64,000 bases of DNA from Spironucleus salmonicida (taxonomy: Eukaryota), in NCBI RefSeq assembly GCF_000497125.1, contig NC_090603.1, positions 372,001 through 436,000 of the forward strand. Direction: 5' to 3'. How positions within the stretch are numbered: position 1 is the stretch's first letter; every line of letters begins with the position of its first letter. Of this stretch, positions 37,736 to 51,283 are shown piece after piece. The position numbers and the translations under genes are program-made. The notes under the pieces are model-generated. The model searched no databases, was not told the DNA's origin, and was given only the letters and a program-made list of their open reading frames with translations.

Positions 37736-39295
37736 ATGTTAATCATTATTTTAACATTAACCTGCTTTGAATAAACTGGTTAGATATTGGGGAGAGAATA
37801 ATAATCAGTTATCAGTTTAATTCTATAACCCCAGGTGGATAGTGAGCCTCTATGTTAAGCTTCTGATAATATAGAGGCAATTGCAATACTAAACTATAAT
37901 GGTAAGAAAACTGAGACTAAATTCATTTTTAAAAAAGATATTGATAACTCTATCTTATTTGATCTATCAGCAGATATATCTACTTTTACAGAAATCTTTA
38001 AAACTAATGTAATCTCATATTAAATTAATCTAGCAGGGTCACTGCAAGTTAAAGGTCCGATCTAAACAATCAATCTTGTACGATTAAATACATCAGCTTG
38101 TTGGGAAAATCTCAAATTAGTATATTCCCGTTCATTTGGATAAGAATTTATATAAATGACTGGAATGCCTCTTTTATGTGAAATTACTAATCCTATCATA
38201 ACTTTTAGATTCGCATCAAATAACTAGTAGAAGTAAATTCGTATTATGGGAAGTAGTGACGGAAATGAATATTACAGCTCAACAGGGATATATGACTATA
38301 GTTAAATAACATTTTACAAGCAGGAACTATCTACTTTGATAACTGATGAAGATAAGCAGAGTATGAAAGATTTCTTTACTGAGTTTGAAACAAATAGGGA
38401 TCTTAGGGTCTCATTTGTCTTTATAACTGATGCGTATCAAATTAGAGCCCAAATTGATATAATTGAAAGCAGCAACACAAAGTGCTTGTTAAATTTAAAT
38501 CCAGATGTATTTATCGCGTCCAGATATGTTGACATAGGTTTGGATAATAATAAGTACTCAACGGATCCAGATTGCGTTTCTATGCCTGTTACTTTTAGAT
38601 AACATGCTATTGCTAGAACAAATATGGGAGTTTTCCATGCAGCAATACTAAAACAGACGAAGGACGATTTTAACGCACGTGGAGGAGTTGATATGTCATT
38701 CGATCATCCGATTCCTAGCTTTCATGAAGTTACTACTGCTGATCTGTTTTATTATCTAACATCTTACGATTTAAATGGAAATATCCTATTGGAAACAAGT
38801 TATTAAGGGCCGTTAGCTCTCAGCTGTATTGACTATTTTGCAACTATTGTAAGCTAAATTAAAGGAGGATGTGTCATAATAAACTTTTATAACACAGAAT
38901 AATGTTTAAGTAGAAAAGTTTAAGAGCTAGATCTTATTTTCACATCATAAATTAATGGTTTTACATCTCGGACAACGTTTTTCTCATTTCATTTGCAAAT
39001 TGTTCCATCACCTAATATACTATAATATTGCAGTGTAAAAACCACTGGGATTATTTATGGAAACGATGCTACATAAAAAACATATTATGATCGTATTATA
39101 GCGTATGCAAATATAATACGAAAACAATAACCAATATATGTAGCCTTATCTGGTAAACAAGAATTCTTTAATTGGTATGGATGCAATTTAGATATAGGGA
39201 GTAATATAATATTCTAGATTGTTGGTATTAGCATAGGAATAGCGATTTTAATAGGAATCTTAATATTTCGTTAATCAAGATAACTTTTCTAGTGA
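37736..39295 (+). CDS. type I membrane protein (519 aa)
   Basis: MLIIILTLTCFEQ...; ORFs 38336 and 38624 are in frame; C-terminal TM IVGISIGIAILIGILIF; ends TAG-TGA. Confidence 0.78.
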
Positions 39296-39627
39296 TATTT
39301 TTAATATAGTAAGGTTTATAGTATTATTGACTATATGTTATTAATATTTAGAACAACTCTTATCATATTAATAATGTTCAATTTTTATTATATTGAAAAA
39401 TAAATACATCTAATATTTTTGATGGAATATATGCATTCGATAATCTAATTAGTATGGTTGTAAGTAAAAATATTACAATAATCCTAAGTCTTACGTAAGT
39501 TTGATTTGGCAATCCTAAAAGTAAATTTAAAACGGAATGTTTTAACAAATTTAAATTTTATTAATACCTAAATAGTAAATTGTAATATTTTAATATATTT
39601 GGTTATAATAAATATTAACACAGATAT

Positions 39628-39701
39628 GCCGGTATAGCTCAGTTGGTTAGAGCGCGACACTAGTAATGTCGAGGTCTTGGGTTCAAATCCCAATATTGGC
39701 T
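39628..39701 (+). tRNA. trnT-AGT: tRNA-Thr(AGT)
   Basis: Acceptor GCCGGTA/TATTGGC, D arm GCTC-AGTTGGTTA-GAGC, anticodon stem CGACA/TGTCG with loop CT-AGT-AA, T arm TTGGG-TTCAAAT-CCCAA. Confidence 0.95.
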
Positions 39702-39861
39702 ATTTTTTAATAATTATAGTGTCTACAATTGCAATAAAGTATTAAAATTCTTTCGTGCCGGATATTATTATACCAGGATGAATAATTAAATAAACCTTAA
39801 GAAAATAAAGGAGTTTCCTACAATAATAATAGACCAATGGCTACATTAATACCATCAAATA

Positions 39862-40260
39862 TCACTTCATTAATTAACATATGTAACCTTTAACTGCATA
39901 TGCACCTTATATTGGTAACTAAATTAAATAGAAGCTTTCAGATGTAAGTACAACAACATCGTCTCTAATATCTTTATATTACACGATACTTTTTATCACA
40001 ATACCATCACCAACACATTATTAGCTCCATTACAACACATCTATTTTCTTGCAATACTTCAATAGAAATTAACTCATTCCAACAGAAATATCATCAAAAT
40101 TCGTAACTTTATATTATTTTTTTTCTGATATTGGAGTTGAAAATTAGATAGTTGCATCTGATACAAATAGCTAATTTAAGCATGGTAGATCAGTTAAAGT
40201 ACTCTCGTAAAAGTTGTACAGGAATGATTCTGCAATTTACATTGAAGTTAGGGGAGCCAT
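39862..40260 (-). CDS. small protein, possibly NTF2-like fold (132 aa)
   Basis: MAPLTSMQIAESFLYNFYESTLTDLPCLNQLFVSDATIQF... resembles the NTF2/p15 N-terminus; ends AAG-TGA. Confidence 0.6.
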
Positions 40261-40499
40261 TTATGGAAAGCTTTACTACGATAATGTATTATATGTATTT
40301 AAAAAAGGTAAATGAAGTTTGATTTTTTATGGATTAGTAAATGGTAGAAAAAATGAATTGACTTAAACATATTTTAAGAGTAATAGAAACATTATACAAT
40401 GGACGATTAAAATATAATTCTCATATAGTATGTTTTACTACCTACCACGTTTATATCTAATACGCCTTCGTTTTTATAAAAATTATCAATTTTTAATCT

Positions 40500-43400
40500 T
40501 CACTCATCCTTAAACCAGTCCATTTCCAACATCTTAGATGGATCGTTCCTATTGCTAAAATCAAAGACCCAACATGCCTCTAAGAACTCGATGCACTCAG
40601 CACTAACGAATTCCTAAAGTGCATCAAGAACGTACACTCCTTCGCGCTGCGCGCCCTCAACTTCTTCCTGCCAGGGAAGTTTTCCAAAGGCGCTAGTGAT
40701 TTCGATTTTACCGTTGTAAATTGGCATGATGCTATTCATTTCCTCTAGACTGTAAATCACAGCCATGCCGTCACGAACCCTAACATCTGTAGACTGGCTA
40801 ACCTAGTTCATTATCAAAACTGCGTTATTTGCAGTAGATTAGCTGATTTACTCGCCCTACCAGCTTTTCAAATCGCAATCTGAAGAAAATTCGCCAAATT
40901 CGAAGAGATTGAGAGGCTCGTCAATGAAAAGAAGCTCAATGAGCTTGTAAATCACCGTTCCAATAGCCCATACGTTACTAGAATGGCTAGCAATCCCACA
41001 AATAATTTCTGGCGGCTGATAACAGGTTTGTAAATATTATACTTCTTCCTTATATTATTGAATAAAACCCGTAGAAAAAATCTTAACTTAATTATTTTAT
41101 ATATCATATAATATATTATTTGGATCAAGTTCTCTGTGAATTATTTTTAAATTATTTAAGTATTATATTACATATAATAATTGCTTTGCTACATTTTTGA
41201 TCATTTTTTCAGATTTGAAGAGCTTAATGCGATTTTCAAGAACTGTTTTAATCGAAATCTGAGGCGCTTTTTCAGTAAAAATTAAACACGAATTTTCAGT
41301 TTCCGCGAAAGTGAAAATCTGAAGCAAATTATCGTGCTTTAAAGTCCTGAAAAAGAGCTAATTTTCGCGGTTTGCCATAAATTTTGGCATTATTTTACAG
41401 GAAACGAACTTGTGCTAAAACGTGTCATACGCTAAAAGGAACGGAAAATCAAAATTCGCAGGAAATACGATAAATCTGTCTTTGAAAATTTGAGAAGTAG
41501 GAGCGAAAAGTTGAATTTGATTTCTAATCTTGAAAACGATTTCCTGCATCAGCTAATTTTCCTGAAACCTCGCATATTGATTGAAAATATCAAACTGCGC
41601 CAGCGCGAGTGTTTTGATGCCTTTCATGATCGAGTTTGATGTTGTTTCGTAGCTGATTTCGGCTTAGCTGTCGGGGGCAAATTGGCGAGATGTAAAAAGT
41701 TTCTTGTGTGGGTTCGACTCCTAGAAATTGAATTAAAATGGTGAAGTGAAAAGTTGTGGGAAGGCCTCTTCCGTCTTCTGCTACACTTTTTGCGTCAGAG
41801 TTTGAGCGACAGATTTAAAGTTTTGTAACGCGTCGGAAGTGATGTTTCTGGTAGTTTAGGTGAGGTTTTGCGTTGTTTTGGCAGTTTTTTGAGCTAAAAT
41901 TAGGGGGCTTTGGGTGTCGTTTTGCTAGAGGAATTATAGAGGTTAGCTTTGGTATTGCTGGGCCGCGACAGGCTATTTGGAAGATTTCTGAGTCGATAAA
42001 ATGTCGTTTTCGATGGGGTCAGAATCTTCGCTTTTGGTCTCTATTTGAGCTTTTTTGGGCCTTTTTATGACTACTGTATTGATTGCAGCTACTTTTTTGA
42101 TTTTTGAGGGTTATTTTGGCGCTGGAGCATCTTCTTGCTTAATTTCCATATTACTGGGTTAAAGTGATTGTTTCTTAGCTGGTTGCTTAGGAACAGCTTC
42201 TGTATCTGTAGTGTTCAGATTATTAGTTGCAGGTTACTAATTTTCGGTTTTCTCGCTGGACTTGATGACTTTTTTAATTACTTTTCTTATGATGACCACC
42301 TTTTTAACTACTTTAGGGGTATTTTCAGCGAGTGGATCACTTTGGGGCTCAATAGATTCCAAAATCTAGTTATCTTAGAAAGTTAAACCAGCTTCAAAGC
42401 CGTAAAAGCAATCTTCCATAACGATCCTCTTTCTGCTAACTGAGGTGCTTAACTATTGGATTTAGTTGTTTTTCTCTTGTAAAAGCTCGTCTTTAAGCTC
42501 TTAAATGCATTTTGCACGGCTTTTCTCATAGTCTTCGCTGTCAAAATTCAAGCAAAAATCAGAAAATACGGTTTTGTTGAAATCTAAATTTTAAGACTTT
42601 TCAGGGATGTCACTTTATATACTTTATATATAGCTGTCTTGTATTAAATTTAATTCAGCTTCTAATTCATTTTAGCAGCACAACTCATTACCACACTGAT
42701 TATACAATGCATTATTATATCTTTCTTAATATTACTTGAAAATACTACAGTAAAGTTCGATTTCGTCCTTAAAAGGCTTCTCACCTTAAATTATGTTACC
42801 AATACCTTATATTACTGAGCTAACAACAGCAGCATCTACTTCCTTTCCTTCACGCCCTATAACCTCTTGACAAACGTCAAATTAAAAGCGATAATTTTCT
42901 ATTTCCTTTTTACTAATTTTACTTAAAATTTCTATATAGCTAATACAGGCAACACTTTATGCCCTCATAACAGCAATTCCTAGTTCTCCAGCTACGATTT
43001 TAATCTTGCATTTTTCCTAAATCGCAGCACCCTACATCCAAATTGGTGCAGATAACTTTCCTATAATTTTAAAAACTACACGTTAGCCTTATAATTCAAT
43101 ACCCAGTGTTAGCAATTTCTCACATTTTGTAAAACAAATTATTATATTATTATAAATCGTATAAGAAGAAATTTTAAGATTTTATTAAAGATAACCTCGG
43201 CAATTATTCTTCAAATCATAGCAGGATAATCTATTATGGTGATTAATGCCGAAAATGAGACTTTGCGTGATTTGTGGCTAGCGTAATTTCGAAGTTGTAA
43301 GGAGTTCAAGTTTCTTGTTTATTTTTATTATTTTGGTTGGTGTTCTAGCATAAATTTCATTGTTAAACGTAAGAATTTCAGTAGCTTGGAAATGAATTTT

Positions 43401-43739
43401 TTAAACTTTATTATACTCAATAATATGGATATTATCTTCAGACAATGCAGAGATGCCATTTGGGGTAGGGAAAATTTTAATTATCTTTTCCTTTAAGTCA
43501 TAAGAATTCGTTATAATACCATCTTACCAAGTTTGTACAAAAGTTTCATTGGCAATATATAGTATTTTATTCGAGAAGCAAGCTAGTTTTACGATCTACG
43601 GATTACGAACGGGTTATTAGGGTACAAAATCAACTAAAGTTTCCAATTATTCTTGAGTAATAACTTAAAGTGGATTTGAGTAATTGATATCAATTGGGCT
43701 AGTTTACAAGAACTAAAGCTCAGAAATAAGATAAGTCAT
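40500..43739 (-). CDS. multidomain protein with C-terminal divergent (pseudo)kinase domain (1079 aa)
   Basis: Frame traced with no TGA. Kinase motifs FVSCKIM, LKHDNLLQI, IIHRELDPNNILY, VKIFSTG, YQPPEII, NVWAIGTVIYKL, FLEACWVFDFSNRND; ends GAG-TGA. Confidence 0.85.
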
Positions 43740-43891
43740 TTTGTGTATGGAGTGGTTGATTTATTTTGATATGAACAATATTATATAAGTATTACGATAA
43801 TATTGAAAAATTTTATAAATGTATTAACGTATTATTTATTACAGTCTATGCGTAAATTGTATTATGTCTACATTAATTTACACGATATATA

Positions 43892-44962
43892 ATGAGTAAA
43901 GTACGAGTTGCAAGAAATATATATGATTCTTAATAAGAAACTATGTCAATAGACTTTTCTCCTGATATGCAGTATATAGCGTAAGGATGTTCGAATGGGA
44001 GTGTTTATCTTCATTCAGTACCAACCCCAACAATTAATAAAGCACTTACCTCTCCATACTCTAAACCAGTGACTGGAATTTCTTTTGGTCCAACAGGATC
44101 AAAATTAGTTTCTGTATAGTCAAATGGAAGTATGTGCACTTGGAACTATCATGGTTAACTTATAGATCACTAAAAGCTTAATACTGAGTTGTATACTATA
44201 AAATATAATAATTAAGGTAATTAGTTTGCTGTAGCTGGACGAGATTAAATAGTTCATATATTTGATGATGCTACCAATAAGGAAACTTAAAAACTATAAT
44301 GTGGTCATAATAACAGAATTTTTGGATTAGCTTATGATAGTTAAACATCATCTGTGCTGTATTCTGGAGGTTGGGATAATATTGTGTAAATATGGGATCT
44401 TCGTATTGGTTAGCCTGTTTAATCCATTCATAGTGTTTAAGTTTGTGGTGATTCCATTGATGAATTAGACGGTAAACTACTTATTGGATCTTGGCGCCCA
44501 AATGATTGTCTTTAAGTATACGATCTACGCTAACTTAAGTAAAAATTAATAAGTATTCAAGACTTAACTATGGAATCCGATAATGAAATAATTGTTACTA
44601 ATAATTTACCTTTTAATAGATAAATATCACCTGCAATAATGAAAAATGATTCATTCATCAGGCAAGACTAAGTTGAAAAATCATCAAATTCTGATGATAG
44701 CTAAAAGTAATCTAGTAACTAATAACAAAATAATCCAACGCTTATTTATACATGTAAATTTAATAGAGCATAGCCCCGTTTAATTTTTGGAGCAGGTAGC
44801 GGAGGAAACATGATGAAAATTTTTGACTTGGATAGCAATTCACTTAAAGGCGTGTTAAAGTGTCAGTCTAGTATATATTGTTCAGCATTGTCAGCAAACG
44901 GTGCCTTGGGCGCTGTAGCTGGAGATTCGTTTGGAATAAATATTTTTAATTTTGACAAATGA
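43892..44962 (+). CDS. WD40-repeat protein (356 aa)
   Basis: GHNNRIFGLAY...LYSGGWDNIVQIWDLR; SIDFSPDMQYIAQGCSNG. Confidence 0.88.
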
Positions 44963-45002
44963 GTTACTTATTATTCATTTATAGTTATGCATATTTGTTA
45001 AA

Positions 45003-45521
45003 ATGGCCAGCACCATTTCCCAGCTGGTTGAGCTACCTGCACTGCGCCGTATTTAGGTATCCCCATACAAGCCATTTAATGCTGTAATCAATCCAGGACT
45101 TCGCGCTTAGAAACCCATAATACAAAAACAGCGAAAGTCGTAAACTAACCACTTTGGTACCACCCTCAACATAGACCCGCCTGTTCGGCTCCCAGCATTC
45201 TCCAAAGTGCCGTTTTTATCGGAATTCATCGCCCGCTATCTAGGCGCTGATGTAGACTACATGTCAGTTTAAATTGACAACTGGATGCATCTCCCTACCT
45301 ACTATAAGCTGGGCAAGGCCGAAATCACCAGCGCTATTCTACAGAATTTCGCAGAGTGCAAGGACACGTAGCAGCCGCATATCAGCGAGTTAATCCCTCG
45401 CGATAACCTGAACAAGTACCTGCTCGGAAGCCGCATCCTAATCAACCCCGAGAACACGCTCAAGCGTGCGGCATTCCGGTAGCTTGCGGAGCGCGTTTTC
45501 TACCAGGGCCGCCTGAAATGA
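45003..45521 (+). CDS. hypothetical protein (172 aa)
   Basis: MASTISQLVELPALRR...RVFYQGRLK*. Confidence 0.75.
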
Positions 45522-45543
45522 CGTAGACGTCTACATAGCAAAA

Positions 45544-46194
45544 ATGGGGCACGCGGAGCGGCGTAACGCCCTCAAAATTCTGTATACTATGCCATCATTT
45601 CTGGTACTAGCAGCTGTGTTGAGCTTCAGCTACATCGAGAGGCCTGCCAGGCTGCGCCCGCGGGAACTAGGAATTTTCATTGTTCTGCTGCAGCTTCCGG
45701 CGGTTTTCACGCTCCCCAATACCACAATTTGCGTGGTTTTGAACATTTTTCTCGCCTCAGCGCTTGCTCTAAACTTCAACAGGATAGGGATTGCGTCGGT
45801 AGCTGTGGCAGGCTGCGGCTTCATGTTAGCCACCGGCTTCGCACTATGCGGCTGGCGGGGGAGGCGATAAGGTTCGATGCTCGCGTTCAGCGCACTGGGA
45901 TTCGGCGTGTTGGCGCTCGTTTTCGGCTTTGCAGAGCTCGAGCTAGCGGTCTGGGAGACGGTCTGGGAGGAGGAGAACGCAGAAATGCTATTTTGCGAGA
46001 TTTCATCTTTTCTGGTAGGTTTCGTTGGGTTAGCGTGCTTGTTTCAGAACGACTATGTGATGGTGGTCGGATTTTTGTATTTTTCGCTTCTAGAGGTCAC
46101 CCCGTTCGATTCATGGCTTGTCGGTGGTGCGCAGGTGCTGCTTCTGGGGCTGCTTGCGATTGCTGTTTTGGATAGGGGTGCAATGACAAAGTGA
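45544..46194 (+). CDS. multi-pass membrane protein (216 aa)
   Basis: ORFs 45544 and 45877 join via TAA; several hydrophobic helices; ends AAG-TGA. Confidence 0.75.
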
Positions 46195-46351
46195 TAAATT
46201 TATTGGGTTAAGGGCAGCGAAGTTATTGACTTTGAATTTTAAGGGAATGTGTAGGTGTTAAAAACAATCTTTGCCGGTAAAAGAAAGTTTCGAGTCTGAG
46301 CGGTTATAAGCGGTAGACTATGGTATAAATATCACAATATAAAATAACACG

Positions 46352-48556
46352 TCACTCAAATACACCAAGCTTGACCCTTTACCTCAAGTTTTTATTTATG
46401 CCATAGCATTCAATTTTTTCCTCGCTGATAAAATCGCTCATTGCAATATTGAAGTCAATTAACATTCTTTTGGAGATAGCGATGACATTTCCATTTTCTA
46501 TGCCAGCAATTTCAATCTAAAACTATACATTGAAGGCTGAGAAATTACCTTATATTAGGCTTTCGTCGATATCTACATCATAGTTGTTAATCGATGTAAT
46601 AAGTGTAGAATTATGAAGTAAACATGTTAAATTAAGTTCTGCGATTGCTACTTCTTCGTTAAAGCGGTTTAAACCACCACTTTAAGCGTTAAAATATTAG
46701 CAGTCTTAGGATACCAATGCATTACCTTCATTGTCAAAAATAGAAAATTTCAGATTCTTCTAATTGGTATTGTAAGAAGATATTATACTAAGCTTTAGTT
46801 GATCTTAAAATTCGTTGTAAAATGTATTGGAAGTTTAATTATAGTAGAAATTTGTCAGATTATCTGAGTCAGTTAGCTTAACAGCAAGTGCCAGTTTTCC
46901 TGGTCCAGTTGCAGTAGAAATTGCAGTTAAAATACCAGAAATTGAGTTATCAATCAGTTTATTTTCAAACAAGAATCTGTTATAATTTAGAATTTCTTAA
47001 ATAAATTTTTATTATAAAATTGCATACGCTTTGTCGTTTATTGGGGATTGATTTAATGACAAAAATATAATAAGCTCAAAATTTAATTAAACCTAAGTAA
47101 AGTTAACAGGAAATTCATTATTAACGCGTTCGTCTTTAAATTCAGAGTCAACTTATTCAGTAATAGTAGATTTACCTTTCAATACATCTAAAGAAAATTT
47201 TTAACCGCTTTCTTCCGTTTAATACTTATTTTGAGGTACTTTATGGTTGATTTTAGTTTGAGTTCCACTATAATTTTCGCTCATTATATTTAAAAGAAGT
47301 TACATATTTTCAAAAGAAAATGGGTAAACTTCAGGTTGTTTTATTTATGTTTAATGAACATTTTATCTATTCACAGTAGATACTAGTAATTTTTATGTTA
47401 TATTTTTTTAATTAAATAACTACCTAGAACTCATTGCCTACTATTATACTTTGCTAATATTTAAATTCATATTAATTTCCGCTTGATTTCTGAGACCAAC
47501 TTCTACATTAGAGATAGATAATGTATAAATTTTATGTCCTAATAAATCACAAAGTGCAACTTAGTCGTTAAAGGTACACATTTATCCTAGTTTAATAAGT
47601 CCAACAAGTTCCTTGACTTCATAAATTTAGCATAAATCTGGGCTGATATAATGCACACATCCATTACTACAAGATACTAGCAAAGCTTAGTCTTATAGTT
47701 AAGCAATTCCTTCCGGTTAACATAATGATTTTTAATAATCAAATATTTGATGCTTCCCAGGTTTTTCTGAGCAAAATACATGATATTTACCTTCTAAACT
47801 GATGCTATTGCATTTGTAGTTATTATTATATACGAATTTTATTAATTAATGTTTTATACCTTTCTCTCCAATAACAGTAGTAACAAGCTTTGCACCTACA
47901 TGAATATGTCTAATTGCATTATTTCCAGTATCACATACAACAATATTTCCTGTTTTAAGAACAGTTATTTACCCAGGATTATTAAATTGTGCAGGTTTGC
48001 CTAATACTTCATCAGTTTTATCTATGAATCCAGGACGATTTGGAATACCACAAAGTGTGTAAATTTAGGAAGAGTTATAAGGTATATAGCGTATGACATG
48101 ATTTTACGAATCGGATATATAAATAGTTTTATCAATTGGTGACTAAACTATTGAGGACGGTTTATGGAGACGGGCAGTATGAAATTTTCCATCTAAATAA
48201 CCTGGCTCGGACCCACATACACTGATAGTCATCCCCGTTTTTCCACTTAAAAATCTGATCTTAGAGTTTTCTGAATCACATATAAATACTCCTTCTTCAT
48301 CATTAAATATCCCTTTACAAATTCCTTTTGGCTTCTACAAGTGAATGGTATTTTAATTTTTATCTTAAATATCAACAGTAGTAACCAAGTTATTCGCTAA
48401 ATCTAAAAGTCGTAACTAATCATTTTTTGAATCTGAAACTATAAACTGGTTATCCGTTATCGAAATTATTGAAAATGGCTAGTTGAACTACGAGGCAAGC
48501 AACTCAGAGTCTAAATACCCTTATTTCTAACCAGCAGTATGCCGCTGGATGAACAT
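46352..48556 (-). CDS. NHL-repeat containing protein (734 aa)
   Basis: GYLDG...ARLHKPSSI...IYISDSQNHVIRYI; AQFNNPGQITV...IVVCDTGNNAIRHI; ends GAG-TGA. Middle of the frame spot-checked only. Confidence 0.8.
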
Positions 48557-48607
48557 TTGAGAATTTAATACAATTTTCATATAATATCCTTATAAATAAT
48601 TTTTAAA

Positions 48608-50044
48608 ATGACATTAGAGGAAGTACAGCGAAAATACGCTAATATGTGTTTACTAGAAGCTCACGAAACCACCAAACAGCTCCTTGACTCTATACATAAC
48701 TTGGAAACGGACATTAGTAGCTTAAAAACCGAATTTAGCGCTTTGGACGCCTTCATCACAGTGTACAACGAGGATATCGTCCCCCGCAGCTAGGCGCTCA
48801 TTATAGAGCATCAGAAACTGTCCTAGCTCTTATTGACGCAAACAGCTCTTTCATTCCCAGAAGCTCAGTTCCGTCAAGTGAAGGCCCTCCTTCCGGGATT
48901 CCCAAACCTGGCATCGTTCCTCACGTTGGATCAGTGCCTGAACGCTGCGTTTGTGCAGCTTTTTCTGCAGTTTTTCCCAGCACCTGTAGGAGCCGAAACT
49001 GTTCACAATTCTACTTTCCACTCCATCTTAACGGAATACCTCAAAAACGTGTTTTCGCAGCCAATCCAGACACCAGAGCTTGCGCGCGTGACGAAGGCGT
49101 TCCAGCCGCAGCGCTTCAGGATCGGCGCAAATGGGCGCCTTTAGAGTGTCCCGTGCTCCGTCCACGCCGGCAGCGCCTGCGAGCTCCTGACCGAAATTTA
49201 CCAGTTTCTGATATCTGCTAATCAGATGTTGTTGTAAGAATTTGGCGATAATGACGAGCTTTTTGTGGTTTTTTCACGGTACCAGCAGGACTTCTAGCAC
49301 AGCTTCTATCGGGCGGTAATCGCAGAGCGCAAGAGGGCCAAAGTGGCCGGCCTCGTGGGGGTCATGCGGGATGCGAAAAATTTCATCAGTAGTCTTCATA
49401 AAATCGAGTTCGAGGAAGTTTCAGACTTTAGGGCGCTGGCGCTGAGCTGCTTGCAGAAACTACCAGATTTTATAAAATAGCTGATTTAATCATAGGTGAC
49501 CGACTTACTAAATATTTAAGGCTAGACATTTGCTTAGTAGGCAGGGGCGTTTATTAGTTACATAGTATCTATTATTGAGACTGAGTTCGAGTCCGGGTTG
49601 AAAGAATTATAATTTTCGGAAATCTGTAGCGAGCAGCTCATTTTCAGCCTTCAAGAGCTTGAATCATCCCATGACGCTTTCACAAGGATTTTCATCGAGA
49701 AGATTCCGAAATCGACGAAAGTGATGGAGCAAGCCGCCACTGTCGACCAGATTCTGCGGGTGTATTTGATGCTGAAGGAGGGCGCCAAAGCAGGTAGCCT
49801 ATTGTGTATTTTGACCAAATCTATAAATAATTTGGTACAGCTGTCAGTTCTCCAGCGTGCGGAGCTCTACGGGCACCGGTTCAAGTCCATCAAAGAGATG
49901 TAATAGGGAGATCGAAGCGATTTCATGTCTATCTTTAGCGAGAAATTCTAGCGGTAAATCAGGGAAATTTTTCAACGCTTTAAGAACTTCGTAGAAATTG
50001 ACGTGGAGTTTGAAAATGACGTTTATTCGCTTTTTGAATAGTGA
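48608..50044 (+). CDS. hypothetical helical protein (478 aa)
   Basis: ORFs 48608, 48833 and 49721 are in one frame; ends TAG-TGA. Confidence 0.8.
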
Positions 50045-50161
50045 CAATTATTTTTGAGAGTTTGAGGATAGAAAATATATTGAAATGGAAAATTAAAATG
50101 TTTATTTAAACACATTAGTATACAATAATGATAATATTAATTTCACTCCACATACTATACA

Positions 50162-51274
50162 ATGGAGCAATATTTACTCATCGTCGCTGTCCAGAGGCAG
50201 CTAAAATAATCGTCACCAGAGGAGAGACTCACTCTCATTCCAGCCCTGCTAGCCCAGTGCAACGAGCTGCATGCCTACTCAATTTCGAACTAAATGCTCT
50301 CAAAAAACGAAGAATTCGATGAGCTGAACGAGGACCAGCTCGCATGCCTGCTCTCAAACTTCCTTATCGCCAAAGCCCACTCTGACTTTTACACGGCCAG
50401 AGATACACGGCTGCAGTCCGTCCAGCTCGCGCTAGAGTCGATGCGCGCCTACGTGGACCTGCTTCTGCTGCTGGATTTGTACTCCAGTGATTAGATTAAG
50501 CTACTAGCGAACGAGCTGGATCCATCGCGTGCACGCGATGTGAAGCGCAATCTGATTTTGGAGGAGGAGAAATATCGCAAGGAGGCTGATAACGCTCTGA
50601 ACACAATCCTGTCTGGCAACCTTGGCGAGGAACTAGCAGCAATGCGCAGCTGCGTTCACCATGCCAAGTTTGAAGCTATTCGCGAGATAAGGTTCCTGGA
50701 GGAGGAGCTGGAAATGCTTGAATTCGAGCGCAACAACCCTAGGGAGGCTGAGAACGCGCTGAAAGAGCGCGAGCTTTTCCTGCTCTAGAATGCATCCAAG
50801 CCCATCCAAATGGTCTAAATGGACGAAAATCTGGTCAGCAGCATCCAGAAAAAGGGCAAATTCGTACCCCTGGACACGGTGGAACTGATGAAGTTGGAAC
50901 AGGAAAAGGCCGCTACCAAGAAGCAGATTACCGGAAACGACGTCAATGCGGTGATCCAGAAGCAGTGCAACCAGGACGTGAGCCAGAGCATCAACTGGGG
51001 CACGGTGGACCTTGCCTACGGCGGCGGCAACCCGGATGTGGACTGCTACTATGACAAGGAGTACAAAATTGTGCGAACTGACACTTTTTACCCAGGCCAG
51101 GAGGACCCTGAGCCGGAAATGGACTGGAAGCGCTACACGGAGAAGGACATGCTCGAGGAGGGTCGGGGTGACGAGGAGGACTACGACCCAGCGAAAATAT
51201 AGGAAACGAGGGACTGGGACGACTGGAAGGACCAGCACCCCACGGGTCAGGGCAACAAAAGGAGGATGGTCTGA
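50162..51274 (+). CDS. TAP42: TAP42/alpha4 (IGBP1) PP2A-family regulatory protein (370 aa)
   Basis: N-terminal LSKNEEFDELNEDQLACLL and diagnostic C-terminal RDWDDWKDQHPTGQGN. Confidence 0.88.
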
Positions 51275-51283
51275 GAGATTAAA

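Noticed and set aside
40399-41019. Open plus-strand frame under code 6
   Set aside because: The opposite strand encodes clear kinase subdomains, and long spurious frames are common when TGA is the only stop.
48608-50044. Vps53/exocyst-like tethering subunit assignment
   Set aside because: There is only a vague N-terminal coiled-coil resemblance, not supportable without a profile search.
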